A stretch of 63,839 nt of DNA, counting the filler, from Octopus bimaculoides (Eukaryota): the NCBI RefSeq assembly GCF_001194135.2. It is 7 parts of 6 records of this genome, joined end to end, with 100 filler letters (N's around TTAATTAATTAA, not from the genome) between each part and the next. Parts side by side here need not be neighbours in the genome. Positions count along the whole stretch, not along the records: positions 1 to 9,102 come from NC_068987.1; positions 9,203 to 24,437 come from NC_068981.1; 5 more parts are not named here. One strand, given 5' to 3'. The notes beneath the pieces are model-generated. The model saw nothing but the letters and a program-made list of their open reading frames with translations, had not been told where the DNA came from and ran no database searches. Of the stretch, positions 1 to 12,936 are shown piece after piece (position 1 is the first letter of the stretch; every line of letters begins with the position of its first letter). The position numbers and the translations under genes were made by a program.

Positions 1-566
1 TTTCCATGACCCTCATTATTAATACACATTCACGTGTTAACAGGATATTCCATATATTCCAAATTAGAGGAGCTAATTTCAAGTGGACAAGTTAATTTAG
101 GTGAAGATAAAGCTGATCTTTGCTCATAAGGGATAACTATGGATGTTTCACTTTATTAAACCTCATCAGCATAATATAATCTGATTGAAGTTGCTTGATC
201 AGTTGACAGATATTTTACATATAGAAAGAATAACAAATAATTTTTGTCCAAATGAATTTGCATAACTAAAATAAAATGAGGTAAAGGAAGTAAATGAAAT
301 GGACTAGTGGCTTGAAGTTGGAGAAATAAGTTAAGGATTAATAAATTGAATTTAATACACACACACACTTTAAAAGGATTTTCTTAGTTGAGAAAAGAAA
401 TTTACTACTGCAGTAATTATTAACAACATGCCCTAAGAAAAAAGGGAATAATTAAGAAGATATAATTAATGTCTCAAATTCAGATGCTTAAGAGTAAGAA
501 AAGTCTGATCTTTGCAGGTAGTGGACAAATAACTATGAATTTGTTTCAATATATTAGAATTGATCA

Positions 567-750
567 AGGCAGCAGGCTGGTTGAATTGTTAACATACTGG
601 ACAAAATGCTTAGCAGTACTTCATCCATCATTACGTTCTGAGTTCAAATTCAGCTGAGGTTGATAAAATAAGCACCAGTTAAACACTGGGGTTGATGTAA
701 TCACACACTCCCACCCCGAAATAGCTGGCCTTGTGCCAAAATTTGAAAGT
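567..750 (+). mobile_element. tRNA-derived SINE, family A (internally deleted copy)
   Basis: B-box GAGTTCAAATTC. Perfect 19-nt TSD AATATATTAGAATTGATCA at 548-566 and 751-769. Confidence 0.85.
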
Positions 751-825
751 AATATATTAGAATTGATCAGCATACTATGCTCTATTTATCAAGCCTGCTA
801 AATCATTTAGCTTTTTCTCTTATCT

Positions 826-1143
826 TTTACTTGTTTCAGTCATTGGACTGAGGCCATACTGGGGCACTACCTCCTTGAAGGGTTTAGTTGAACAAATCAA
901 CCCCAGTACTTATTTGCTTTTAAATTTGATATTTATCCTTATTGGTTTCTTTTGCTGAACTGCTAAGTTACGGGTACATAAACAAACCAACACTGCTTAT
1001 TAAGTGTTGTTAAGGGACAAACACAGACGCAAAGGCACATATATATATATATAGATTGATAAATAGATAGATATAGATAAAGAGAGAGATAACAGGTTTC
1101 TTTCAGTTTCCACTGATCAAATCCACTTGCAAGGCTTTGGTCA
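826..1143 (-). mobile_element. SINE family B fragment (tRNA/CORE-type, OR-like; naming uncertain)
   Basis: Matches the copies at 42397-42762 and 42797-43172 (ttttacttgtttcagtcattggactg...ttctttcagtttcc...aaatccact...aaggctttggtc). Confidence 0.75.
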
Positions 1144-2205
1144 CATATTTTTATATTTGTAAAAATTAATTATCCAATTATCTTTTGCTTGTCTTTCTCC
1201 AACTCTGAGGGAAATTTTTATTGATTAAGAAGTTTTGCATACAGCAATATGACACTTAAATATTTTTATGCATTCTTAGTCTGGGTTGACTTCCAAAATA
1301 TTCATGATATTTCTATATTCTTTTACTTTTCTCAGACACTGGACTGTGGCCATTCTGCGGGCACCAATTTTCCTGTGCCTATTTATCTCAGATCTAATAG
1401 GATATAGATCCTGATATTATCAATATTTGTTTGTTTGTTTGTTAGTTTATTTCAGGCAACACATTTTATGCCATGCTGATGAAATGCCTTTGAATAAGTT
1501 CGGGCATTTATTTGCTTCACAAGAAATTCACATATAGGATTTCCTCTACATTTCATTGGCTGAACTGAACCTTATTATCATTTAGAAGTCACCTTATATT
1601 TGACCATACTTAACTTTCTATAGTAAACAGTTTTCATATCTTCCTTGTTCAATCAATCACGACCAGCTTTTGTGTTCAGAACTTTCCATTAATACACATT
1701 CACATGTTAACAGGATATTCCATATGTATTTTTATTTTGTTGTATTTCAATTGGCTGTTTCTGTGACTTTCACTCATATCTATTAGTTCTATATGTTCTT
1801 TGTCCTCCCTTCACAAAATTTGTCACACAAAATTAAATTTCAAAAGCATAGTTATTTTTTTTTTTTTTGCTACACTTTTTCCTTTCACATTGACTTAACT
1901 CCTGCTACTATTTATACTGAGCACAGGCATGGCTGTATGGTTAGGAAGTTAGTTTTATAATCACATAGTTTGGGGTTTAATCACACTACGCAGTTCCTTA
2001 GGCAAATACATCTAATACATTAGGATTAACTTAGCGCCACATAGCAACAACAACATTCCCAACAGACTACATATTAATCAGCTTTGACTCATCATACAGA
2101 TAGTTGTATAGTGACAAAACTCTGATTAAGAAGATTACTGCCAGAGATCTAAATTTTGAAGTCATTATTAATTGCCCTTTATATACTAGATGCAACAATA
2201 GCTGC

Positions 2206-2647
2206 CATCATCATCGTCATCATCGTTTAACGTCCGCTTTCCATGCTAGCATGGGTTGGGCGATTTGACTGAGGACTGGTGAAACCAGATGGCTACACCA
2301 GGCTCCAATCTGATTTGGCAGAGTTTCTACAGCTGGATGCCCTTCCTAACACCAACCACTCAGAGAGTGTAGTGGGTGCTTTTATGTGCCACCGGCACGA
2401 AGGCCAGTCAGGCGGTACTGGCAATGACCACACTCAAAATGGTGTATTTTACGTGCCACCTGCACAGGAGCCAGTCCAGGGGCACTGGCAACGATCTCGC
2501 TTGAAAATCCTTTCACATGTCATGGGCACAAGTGCCAGAAAGGCGATGCTGGGCACAGGTGCTATCCTGATTTTGCAAGCTGAGTTTCGTGTCCAATGAA
2601 AGAGACGACATTGGCATGGGTGCCAGTCGTTGAAGTGGTTATGAAAT
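2206..2647 (-). mobile_element. Non-autonomous retroposon family C with (GAT)n tail
   Basis: High identity to 41129-41480 and 41851-42055 (gtttaacgtccgctttccatgctagcatggg...ctggatgcccttcctaac). The ORF at 2279-2599 is incidental. Confidence 0.8.
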
Positions 2648-3961
2648 TCACATTGTAATTATGTTATTTCAGGCTCAATCTCCACTGTTCAACATTACAG
2701 CTTGAACAATTAGCTAATAGTCAAATGAATTTGCTTGACTCTTCAGCATTTAAAGCAGCCGTATCCAGCCCAAATATTTTACCTATTTTATGTTATTTTA
2801 TGTTAAAACTGATCAGATATAACTTCTCACACCTACAACGTCATTCTAAAAAATATTCAAATTCATCATTAAAGTCTCAATACTTCAAGATAATGCATGA
2901 TTAATTTAAAACAACTTGAATAAATAATCAATACTTTTGACAAAAAATTCAGAATGCTAATGGGTTAAGTGAGAGTTGTGGTTTCAAATACCACAGAAGA
3001 TAGAAAATGCTCTTTTAACCAAACTGCTGATTCTTATATAGCATGAAATACTTTAAAACATGATAAAAAGGTATTACTTGATTAGAGAGCATAAATCCTC
3101 AATAGTTTAGAAATTAAACATTTAACTCTTTAGCATTTTAGTTTCCACTAAACAGCCATAAAAACAGGCTTCTTTTCAGGAGTGACAAGATTCTGTAAGC
3201 AAGCTTGCATGGAAAACAAACATAGGAATAGAAATAACTGCCTGAGGAGTTATTACTTAGAGGGGTACTTCTATTGATACTTTAATATTCAGATTTCTCT
3301 GCCAAACGTATTGCATATTTATTCACATTATTTTGAAGTAAACACACATTATTTTGTAGCTTCAAGATTTCAATAGTGTGTTTGTATATTTTTAGAATGA
3401 CATTGTAGGGTAGGTATGTGTGTGTGGTTGGATATGGTTAGTTTTAACAGATAGAATATTTGGCCTGGATATGGCCAGGTTAAATGCTGAAGTGTCAAAT
3501 ATGAAACAATCTAAGAAATTTTCTTTCTGCCTTGGGTATGGTATACTGTGCACTTTTCGAAGATATGTTTTAAACATGTAATTTTAAATACGATAGTGTT
3601 TTAGATGCATACATACTTGCCTCTGTGTGTGTGTGTGTGTGTGTGTCATAGCTTCCCAAAGTGGGCAATCTCATCCACTGGTGGGCGATTTCAACTTACA
3701 GGTAGGTGATGGGCGAATTTCTAGAAAATGGTGGGTGATTTGAGATTTTGGTGGGCGATATGAACATTTTGTGGATGACAATGAAATTTCAGAAATTAAG
3801 TCTGCATTTACTGATATCTAGGCATGCCTAGAATCAGGATGCTCTTTTATCATTTTGACTTGTTTATCAATCGAATATTTTTGTCACAGTCATTGCGATG
3901 GTTGTCATGTGTGCTAAAAATAGCAGCCAAATAGGCTTAGGCCTTAAATCACACTCCACCC

Positions 3962-4010
<49 letters not shown>

Positions 4011-4237
4011 ATAATTGTATGAAGTCCCACGTATAGAATTCAAATTCGCAAACATTTTCTGAAGATTAAAAAAATAAAAAAGATATGAGCAGTTAAATGT
4101 TGTGCGTAATTCTATGGGTTCGTGTCAAAACACAAGTGCTATTTTCAGGATGCTGACAAAATGTGCAATCATGCACAAAATGACAGCTTTGAAATCGTGT
4201 TTCTTGACTGGGTAAAAATGATCAAACTTTAAACCTC

Positions 4238-4908
4238 AGTAGCGTGTTGAATGTTTATACTGAGGAAAGGGAATAAATCCAAACAATAAATAATCACTAC
4301 TGTACTGTCAACAAATTTTCTTGACTGGAGGCATCAGTAAAGTGAAAATGTGAAAACAAATTTCTACAGATGGCATCAGAAAGGCAGTATGGTATTCCCA
4401 AAGAGAAGTCAATAGAGAAAAGTCAGATGACACGTCCTTACTGGAACAAATACGGATCTAGTTCGTTTGGTTGCCAGCATTTCAAAAATTAAAGTTTATC
4501 GAAAATCTTAAAGTTTGGCACATTAATGTACCTTTTCAACTTTTTCCAGAAAAATGTTTTTAAAAGTTTTTTCTGGAAAAAGTTGAAAACTCCAGCAATT
4601 TAACTTGGAAAGGTACATTAATGTGCCAAACTTCAAAATTTTCGATAAACTTTAAATTTGAAATGCTGGCAGCCAAACGAACTAGATCCATATTTGTTCC
4701 AGTAAAGAAGTGTCATCTGACTTTGCTCTATTGACTTCTTCTCTTTGGGAATACCATACTGCCTTTCTGACACCATCTGTAGAAATTTGTTTTCACATTT
4801 TCACTTTACTGATGTCTCCGGTCAAGCAAATTTGTCGACAGTACAGTAGTGACTATTTATTGTTTGGATTTATTCCCTCTCCTCAGTACAAACATTCAAC
4901 ATGCTACT
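4238..4908. repeat. Long inverted repeat (fold-back) inside the hAT element
   Basis: Arms 4238-4535 and 4609-4908 are reverse complements at ~93% (about 18 substitutions and 2 indels by eye). Nested perfect 22-bp stem 4533-4554/4568-4589. Confidence 0.95.
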
Positions 4909-6397
4909 CCAGGAAACTAGTAAACAGGAGAATGGCAAGTTAATTGTATTGCTTGTTACTAAGTCTGGGAAGTCTCACACAATTGGAGAAACATTACTTT
5001 GTCCAGTGATCGAAGAAGTTTTGCCAACCGTTATGCACGAAAAACCCGATAACATTATGAAGAAGATCTCACAATTTCTTTATGCATTGATGGAATGGCC
5101 AATGATGTCAAACATCAGTTCATTAATATTCTCCAGCGTTCTGAATTTTCTATACAAGTGGATGAGTCAACTGTTGTGGACAATCAATGTTTGATGATGG
5201 TATATGTTTGGTATTTCGACGAAGACCTTCAATCTTGTGAGGAAATGCTGTTCACAGAGGAATTAGCGCTTGATTCAAAAGGTGCAACTATTTTTCACAC
5301 TCTCAAGTCTTTCCTTTTTGAACAAATTATCTCACTCAGTAATATTCTTGTCTGTGTGTCTAATGGAACTCCTTCAATGATAAAAGAAATAGGGGGTTTT
5401 CATCTCTCCTAAAGCATGAAATTTCCCACCAGATACTATCTGTTCATTGCTTGGCATACAGGCAGCATTTAGTGGAAAAAATATGAACGATAGATTGAAT
5501 GATGTGCTACAGTTAGTTATCAAGACTGTGAACAAATTGAAGTTCAATCCCTTGTCTGATTGAATTTTCCATCAACTCTGTCTGAGAAATGATAAGGACC
5601 ATACTAAACTCTTATACCATACTGAAGTGTGGTGGCTGTCACAAGGAAACTGTGTTTTATACTTTGTTGAACTGTTTCATATAATCATATCTTTCTATGA
5701 AGATACTCCACTATCCACTTCATTGATGGCTGCAAGGTGTGATATCTTTGTGATATATTCACAAAATTAAATGACTTGAAAAAGTTATTTCAAGGAAACA
5801 GAAAAAACTCTTGTTGATTGTAAATCATTTATCACTACCTTCATTTCGAAATTGGTGTTGTATAAGACTAACATTTCAAAATGTCAATTCCATCAATTTC
5901 CACAACTTGATTCTTTGAAAGATGAATTGGTTTATGAAGATTTAAGTACATATCACAACTAACTACAATCATTGCACGATAACATGGTGGGGCAATTTCA
6001 AGATGTTATTGTGGTGAATATTCCAAATTGGTATAGCAATCCATTTGAGGTTGATGCAGTAGATTGTGAGGATAACATTCAGGAGGAATTGATAGAATTA
6101 CAAAATGACAATGACGCCACAATGCGATATCGCTGTAATGGCAAAGAAGGTTTGTGGTACCATCAGAGTATATTGAATTCCTACCCCAATATGTTGAAAC
6201 ATCTGAAATTACTTTTGCTTGCCTTTCCTACCTCATACCTGGTTAAATTTGGTTTTAACCATGTTGAAACTTTACTTACCCGCAAAAGAATTGGACTGGA
6301 TGTGACTCACATAGTAGACTTGCGGCTAAAGTCAACAAGTTTGGAACTGAATGTATCTGCACTAACTGCATCGCACCAGACACATGGATCTCATTAA
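4812..6397 (+). pseudogene. Frameshifted hAT transposase (ZBED5/SCAND3/Buster-like) with most of the BED finger deleted
   Basis: Across frames: MSPVKQICRQYSSDYLLFGFIPSP; SKQENG...KSGKSHTIGE; FSIQVDEST; VHCLAYRQHL; LLYHTEVWWLSQG; FPTSYLVKFGF (catalytic Glu lost); HQTHGSH*. Multiple stops and frameshifts. Confidence 0.9.
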
Positions 6398-6944
6398 AAA
6401 GTTTTATTCTTTATCTTTATAATACAATCATTAATTATTTTTGCATTGGTAGTTCTGATCAATGGCTCATTTGAGGAAAATGAAAATCAATATAAAAGAA
6501 AGCGCAAGTTTCCAGAAGTTAATCTGTCTGTATAATATGGAGTTAATGTTAGAATTTTATTCACACTAATGGCAAAATTAAACCCACATTAAGGGATTTG
6601 TAAACAACTTCATATTTAGTCCAAATGGCACTAGCAGGGCAATGACTCTATGATATAGTGTGTGTGTCAAATGATACAAGGAAGTGGGATTCCTGGGGGA
6701 TTTTATCTTGGGGAGGTTGTGTCTGGGGTGTTTTTACACAGGTAGGTGACGGAGCTGTTTTTAGCCAATCGGTGGGCGATATTGCAATTTGGCGTGAAAA
6801 GTTTGGGAAACACTGATATATATATATATATATATACATACGCACCACAGAAAGAGAGATAAATAGAAAGAGTTAGAGGGAAAAAGAGGTAGAGAAATAG
6901 AGAGAAAGAGATAGAAATAAAGAGAGAGTAATAGATATAGATAC

Positions 6945-6945
6945 A

Positions 6946-7022
<77 letters not shown>

Positions 7023-7149
7023 NNNNNNNNNNNNNNNNNNNNNNNNNNNNNNNNNNNNNNNNNNNNNNNNNNNNNNNNNNNNNNNNNNNNNNNNNNNNNN
7101 NNNNNNNNNNNNNNNNNNNNNNNNNNNNNNNNNNNNNNNNNNNNNNNNN

Positions 7150-7198
<49 letters not shown>
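6945..7198. repeat. (GA)n microsatellite spanning a gap
   Basis: Direct reading. Confidence 0.95.
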
Positions 7199-7199
<1 letters not shown>

Positions 7200-8619
7200 T
7201 TGAAAAAAGACTGAAGGAGAAAGAAAAACAATTTGATGTGACAATTTGTATTTGTTTTTGTACCTCTTACTCAACTACCTCTCTATTATACATGTCAGTC
7301 TTTCTACATCATTTTTCTTGACTCAACCCTGTTTTACTTTCAGAGAACATTGAGCCCAAGAGGTTTTGGTTCATGCATTATTCTGGGTTACATCTGCATC
7401 TTTTTGAGAAATAGCAATATTGTTTCAAGACAAACTTACAAATATCAATGTTTTTATAGATCAAGAGTACACTTTTTTATTTTGAAAGTAAAACAGGTAG
7501 AAAAGTTATAATGGTGCATAATATATTCTAGGTTGTAAACTGTCAAAAGAAAAGAACCTGAAACTGACTAATGATGTCTTCATTTCTGTGATGTTTAGAT
7601 TTCTATGTCCTTATGTTTAACTAACTTTCAAACAGCTGCATTGAAAANNNNNNNNNNNNNNNNNNNNNNNNNNNNNNNNNNNNNNNNNNNNNNNNNNNNN
7701 NNNNNNNNNNNNNNNNNNNNNNNNNNNNNNNNNNNNNNNNNNNNNNNNNNNNNNNNNNNNNNNNNNNNNNNNNNNNNNNNNNNNNNNNNNNNNNNNNNNN
7801 NNNNNNNNNNNNNNNNNNNNNNNNNNNNNNNNNNNNNNNNNNNNNNNNNNNNNNNNNNNNNNNNNNNNNNNNNNNNNNNNNNNNNNNNNNNNNNNNNNNN
7901 NNNNNNNNNNNNNNNNNNNNNNNNNNNNNNNNNNNNNNNNNNNNNNNNNNNNNNNNNNNNNNNNNNNNNNNNNNNNNNNNNNNNNNNNNNNNNNNNNNNN
8001 NNNNNNNNNNNNNNNNNNNNNNNNNNNNNNNNNNNNNNNNNNNNNNNNNNNNNNNNNNNNNNNNNNNNNNNNNNNNNNNNNNNNNNNNNNNNNNNNNNNN
8101 NNNNNNNNNNNNNNNNNNNNNNNNNNNNNNNNNNNNNNNNNNNNNNNNNNNNNNNNNNNNNNNNNNNNNNNNNNNNNNNNNNNNNNNNNNNNNNNNNNNN
8201 NNNNNNNNNNNNNNNNNNNNNNNNNNNNNNNNNNNNNNNNNNNNNNNNNNNNNNNNNNNNNNNNNNNNNNNNNNNNNNNNNNNNNNNNNNNNNNNNNNNN
8301 NNNNNNNNNNNNNNNNNNNNNNNNNNNNNNNNNNNNNNNNNNNNNNNNNNNNNNNNNNNNNNNNNNNNNNNNNNNNNNNNNNNNNNNNNNNNNNNNNNNN
8401 NNNNNNNNNNNNNNNNNNNNNNNNNNNNNNNNNNNNNNNNNNNNNNNNNNNNNNNNNNNNNNNNNNNNNNNNNNNNNNNNNNNNNNNNNNNNNNNNNNNN
8501 NNNNNNNNNNNNNNNNNNNNNNNNNNNNNNNNNNNNNNNNNNNNNNNNNNNNNNNNNNNNNNNNNNNNNNNNNNNNNNNNNNNNNNNNNNNNNNNNNNNN
8601 NNNNNNNNNNNNNNNNNNN

Positions 8620-8677
8620 GTCCAATGAAAGAGACGACGTTGGCATGGGTGCCAGTTGTTGAAGTGGTTATGAAATG
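8620..8677 (-). mobile_element. Terminal fragment of family C element beside a gap
   Basis: Near-identical to 2590-2647 (gtccaatgaaagagacgac...gaagtggttatgaaat). Confidence 0.8.
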
Positions 8678-9102
8678 ATGTCTTCATTTCTGTGATGTCT
8701 AGATTTCTATGTCCTTATGTTTAACTAACTTTCAAACAGCTGCATTGAAAAGCTGTCAGTGAGTGGGCTGTATTCTGCAATAAAAATGTCATATCAAGAT
8801 ATAAAAAAAGTAACTATGACCATTTTTATGCAAATTTGTGCACTAAATGCCAATGAGATTTATTATTTGTTTTAATCGTTTAACATTTAAAAGGGCCATA
8901 TCAACCTCAAATATTTTATCTGTTTTATGTTCAAAGCAGCCAAATCCAGCCTCTTGCATTGTCATTTTAAAAATAAACAATCCTATTCTCAAAGCTACAA
9001 GATAATGCATGATTAATTCAAAGCAACATAAATAAATAAGCATTATATTTGACTGAGTAATCTGAATGCTAAAGAAGTTAAAATGGTGAGCTGGCAGAAC
9101 TA

Positions 9103-9202
9103 NNNNNNNNNNNNNNNNNNNNNNNNNNNNNNNNNNNNNNNNNNNNTTAATTAATTAANNNNNNNNNNNNNNNNNNNNNNNNNNNNNNNNNNNNNNNNNN
9201 NN
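9103..9202. other. Artificial 100-nt scaffold spacer (44 N + TTAATTAATTAA + 44 N); same at 24438-24537, 32512-32611, 38271-38370, 60376-60475, 62579-62678
   Basis: Six identical constructs; the 12-mer places stop codons in all six frames. Confidence 0.95.
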
Positions 9203-9358
9203 ATATATATGTACATATACTCGCATGTATTTATCTCTATATATATATGTATATATATATACATATATATATGTATATATATATCTATGCATATAGATAT
9301 ATGCTGTGTAAATGTGTGTTTTTTGTGTGTTTGCCTGTGTGTGTGTGTATGTGTGTGT

Positions 9359-9398
<40 letters not shown>

Positions 9399-10331
9399 GC
9401 TTGTGTTATAGAAGGTGATAGCAATACTGACAGAACATAAGGTATCAACAAAAATGAGAATGACAGATAGTTTTGCTATTTACTGTTCTAACTGCATGAA
9501 TTCCCTATAAATTCTACAATGTTTGAAGCAGTTTAGAACACTCATATATTTATATGTATGTATGCATACACGCATGTATGTATGTATATATATATGTATG
9601 CACGTATGTATCCAGGTGTGTATGTATATATATATANNNNNNNNNNNNNNNNNNNNNNNNNNNNNNNNNNNNNNNNNNNNNNNNNNNNNNNNNNNNNNNN
9701 NNNNNNNNNNNNNNNNNNNNNNNNNNNNNNNNNNNNNNNNNNNNNNNNNNNNNNNNNNNNNNNNNNNNNNNNNNNNNNNNNNNNNNNNNNNNNNNNNNNN
9801 NNNNNNNNNNNNNNNNNNNNNNNNNNNNNNNNNNNNNNNNNNNNNNNNNNNNNNNNNNNNNNNNNNNNNNNNNNNNNNNNNNNNNNNNNNNNNNNNNNNN
9901 NNNNNNNNNNNNNNNNNNNNNNNNNNNNNNNNNNNNNNNNNNNNNNNNNNNNNNNNNNNNNNNNNNNNNNNNNNNNNNNNNNNNNNNNNNNNNNNNNNNN
10001 NNNNNNNNNNNNNNNNNNNNNNNNNNNNNNNNNNNNNNNNNNNNNNNNNNNNNNNNNNNNNNNNNNNNNNNNNNNNNNNNNNNNNNNNNNNNNNNNNNNN
10101 NNNNNNNNNNNNNNNNNNNNNNNNNNNNNNNNNNNNNNNNNNNNNNNNNNNNNNNNNNNNNNNNNNNNNNNNNNNNNNNNNNNNNNNNNNNNNNNNNNNN
10201 NNNNNNNNNNNNNNNNNNNNNNNNNNNNNNNNNNNNNNNNNNNNNNNNNNNNNNNNNNNNNNNNNNNNNNNNNNNNNNNNNNNNNNNNNNNNNNNNNNNN
10301 NNNNNNNNNNNNNNNNNNNNNNNNNNNNNNN

Positions 10332-10964
10332 NCAGTTATGTAATAATAGTAGTAACTGTTTCCATAACAATAACTCCACGAACAATATAGTTATTCTATT
10401 ATTGTTGGGAACAAGGATTATGGTGATGATAATGATGACGTTGATGATGATGATATTGATAATGCTGATGATGATAATGATAATGATGGTGATGATGATG
10501 ATGATGATGATGATGTCCGTAAACTGTAATACATTCATTTGACAGTTACAAAATACAAAATATTACAAAATAATGAAAAGCAACCTTGTGGTGGTTATTC
10601 AGTGAACATCACAGAGACACTGAACTGAATTGTTCTTAGATGTGTTTACAAAGTTTGCAGTGTTTACAATAGCGAGTTTGCGCATATACGTTTAAATAAG
10701 TATTCACCAACACATATATTCTGTCATACACACCCATACACGCACACAGAGACAAATACGCGTTCGCACACACGACGCAAACATACACACACACACACAC
10801 ACATACACATCTTGAACAATAATGATTTTGATAAGTGCCATGTTCAGAAGTCTCGGCCACTCTTGCAAAATTTTTGCCGAGTAAAAATATATTTTATATT
10901 CTTGTATTAAATTCTGTTCCTTCCGTTTTTCCCACGAAACTTAATAATTACAGCAACAATATTG

Positions 10965-11061
<97 letters not shown>

Positions 11062-12519
11062 CAACGAGGATGATAATAATTTGAATATGCATATGTATAA
11101 GTATGCATGAATATATATATATGTATGCGCGCGCGTGTATTTATATATATATGTATGTATGTACGTATGCAGGTATGTATATATGTATAGATGCGTGTGT
11201 GTGTGTGCGTGTGTGTTTATATATATGTAGAAATTTTTGCTTTGGTATTTGNNNNNNNNNNTATATATATATATGTGTATATACATGTATATATATATAT
11301 GTATTTATAATCACGTAAAAAAAAACAAATCAAAACACACAGGTATATATTGGCCTGTTTGCGTAAAATACAACATTATAAAAATTATATAAACTGAGTG
11401 GTGTTACGACACAAAAAAATGAAACTTTAAACAAATGCAGATGGGCATAAAAAAGCAAGAAAACAACTTGATATCGTATAAATGGCCAAAAACAAACAAC
11501 AAAAAACAGTTATGTAATAATAGTAGTAACTGTTTCCATAACAATAACTCCACGAACAATATAGTTATTCTATTATTGTTGGGAACAAGGATTATGGTGA
11601 TGATAATGATGACGTTGATGATGATGATATTGATAATGCTGATGATGATAATGATAATGATGGTGATGATGATGATGATGATGATGATGTCCGTAAACTG
11701 TAATACATTCATTTGACAGTTACAAAATACAAAATATTACAAAATAATGAAAAGCAACCTTGTGGTGGTTATTCAGTGAACANNNNNNNNNNNNNNNNNN
11801 NNNNNNNNNNNNNNNNNNNNNNNNNNNNNNNNNNNNNNNNNNNNNNNNNNNNNNNNNNNNNNNNNNNNNNNNNNNNNNNNNNNNNNNNNNNNNNNNNNNN
11901 NNNNNNNNNNNNNNNNNNNNNNNNNNNNNNNNNNNNNNNNNNNNNNNNNNNNNNNNNNNNNNNNNNNNNNNNNNNNNNNNNNNNNNNNNNNNNNNNNNNN
12001 NNNNNNNNNNNNNNNNNNNNNNNNNNNNNNNNNNNNNNNNNNNNNNNNNNNNNNNNNNNNNNNNNNNNNNNNNNNNNNNNNNNNNNNNNNNNNNNNNNNN
12101 NNNNNNNNNNNNNNNNNNNNNNNNNNNNNNNNNNNNNNNNNNNNNNNNNNNNNNNNNNNNNNNNNNNNNNNNNNNNNNNNNNNNNNNNNNNNNNNNNNNN
12201 NNNNNNNNNNNNNNNNNNNNNNNNNNNNNNNNNNNNNNNNNNNNNNNNNNNNNNNNNNNNNNNNNNNNNNNNNNNNNNNNNNNNNNNNNNNNNNNNNNNN
12301 NNNNNNNNNNNNNNNNNNNNNNNNNNNNNNNNNNNNNNNNNNNNNNNNNNNNNNNNNNNNNNNNNNNNNNNNNNNNNAATATATATATATGTATGCGCGC
12401 GCGTGTATTTATATATATATGTATGTATGTACGTATGCAGGTATGTATATATGTATAGATGCGTGTGTGTGTGTGCGTGTGTGTTTATATATATGTAGAA
12501 ATTTTTGCTTTGGTATTTG
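10332..12519. repeat. Near-identical ~1-kb duplication around gaps (10332-10608 = 11508-11782; 11113-11250 = 12379-12519); probably uncollapsed haplotypes
   Basis: Almost exact sequence matches, with an N gap of about the size of the missing middle. Confidence 0.8.
10966..11060. repeat. (AAT)n microsatellite
   Basis: Direct reading. Confidence 0.95.
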
Positions 12520-12936
12520 TATGAATCATATACGAGTTAAAAGGGACGGTGGATTGGTAATATAATTAGAGTTGGACAAAATGCCTTGCAGATTGAATAT
12601 CGGACTTATACAAATTGATTTCGAATCCCGTTCAAGCCGGTGCTGTCTTTCATCTTTCTGAGTTCGATAAAATAAAGCGTAAGTCGAGTACTGAGATCGA
12701 TATACTCGACCTAACCCAGCCCTCTATGATGATAAAAATCGATAAAACTACTCAAAGAAATATATAAATGCTGACCCCATTTAAACTCCAAAAGTGGGTG
12801 AGATAAATAAAAAGTAATAATAAGCAAGAAGATACCCGTTATTTGTTATATATAAATTTCTATTTCATATAGTAATTAGTGAATATTAGCGTCGTTACAT
12901 ACATACATTCAGACAGAAACACGCGGCACAGGTATA

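Larger units (their letters stand above)
3647..6815 (+). mobile_element. Defective hAT DNA transposon, Buster/Charlie-like
   Basis: Imperfect TIRs CATAGCTTCCCAAA (3647-3660) and TTTGGGAAACACTG (6802-6815), 11/14 match. GGTGGGCGAT-type subterminal motifs at both ends. Internal broken transposase. Flanked by (GT)n and (AT)n, so no 8-bp TSD is readable. Confidence 0.85.

Noticed and set aside
1476-1530. CTGATGA followed by a stem as a hammerhead
   Set aside because: The stem is not followed by GAAA, so the core is incomplete.
3965-4007. 43-nt poly-T as a retrocopy tail
   Set aside because: No adjacent gene or SINE body and no TSD found.
1456-7420. Isolated strong acceptors at 1455/1456 and 7343/7344 as host exons
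   Set aside because: No matching strong donors or recognisable peptide; such sites arise by chance in T-rich DNA.
9147-9158. Recurrent TTAATTAATTAA motif (six times) as a biological signal
   Set aside because: Always centred in exactly 44+44 N; a six-frame-stop assembly linker. Neighbourhood arguments across these points are therefore unsafe.
10332-12519. Tandem duplication with a repeated Met/Asn-rich ORF
   Set aside because: Near-identical copies flanking gaps; most likely uncollapsed alleles, and the ORFs are microsatellite-derived.
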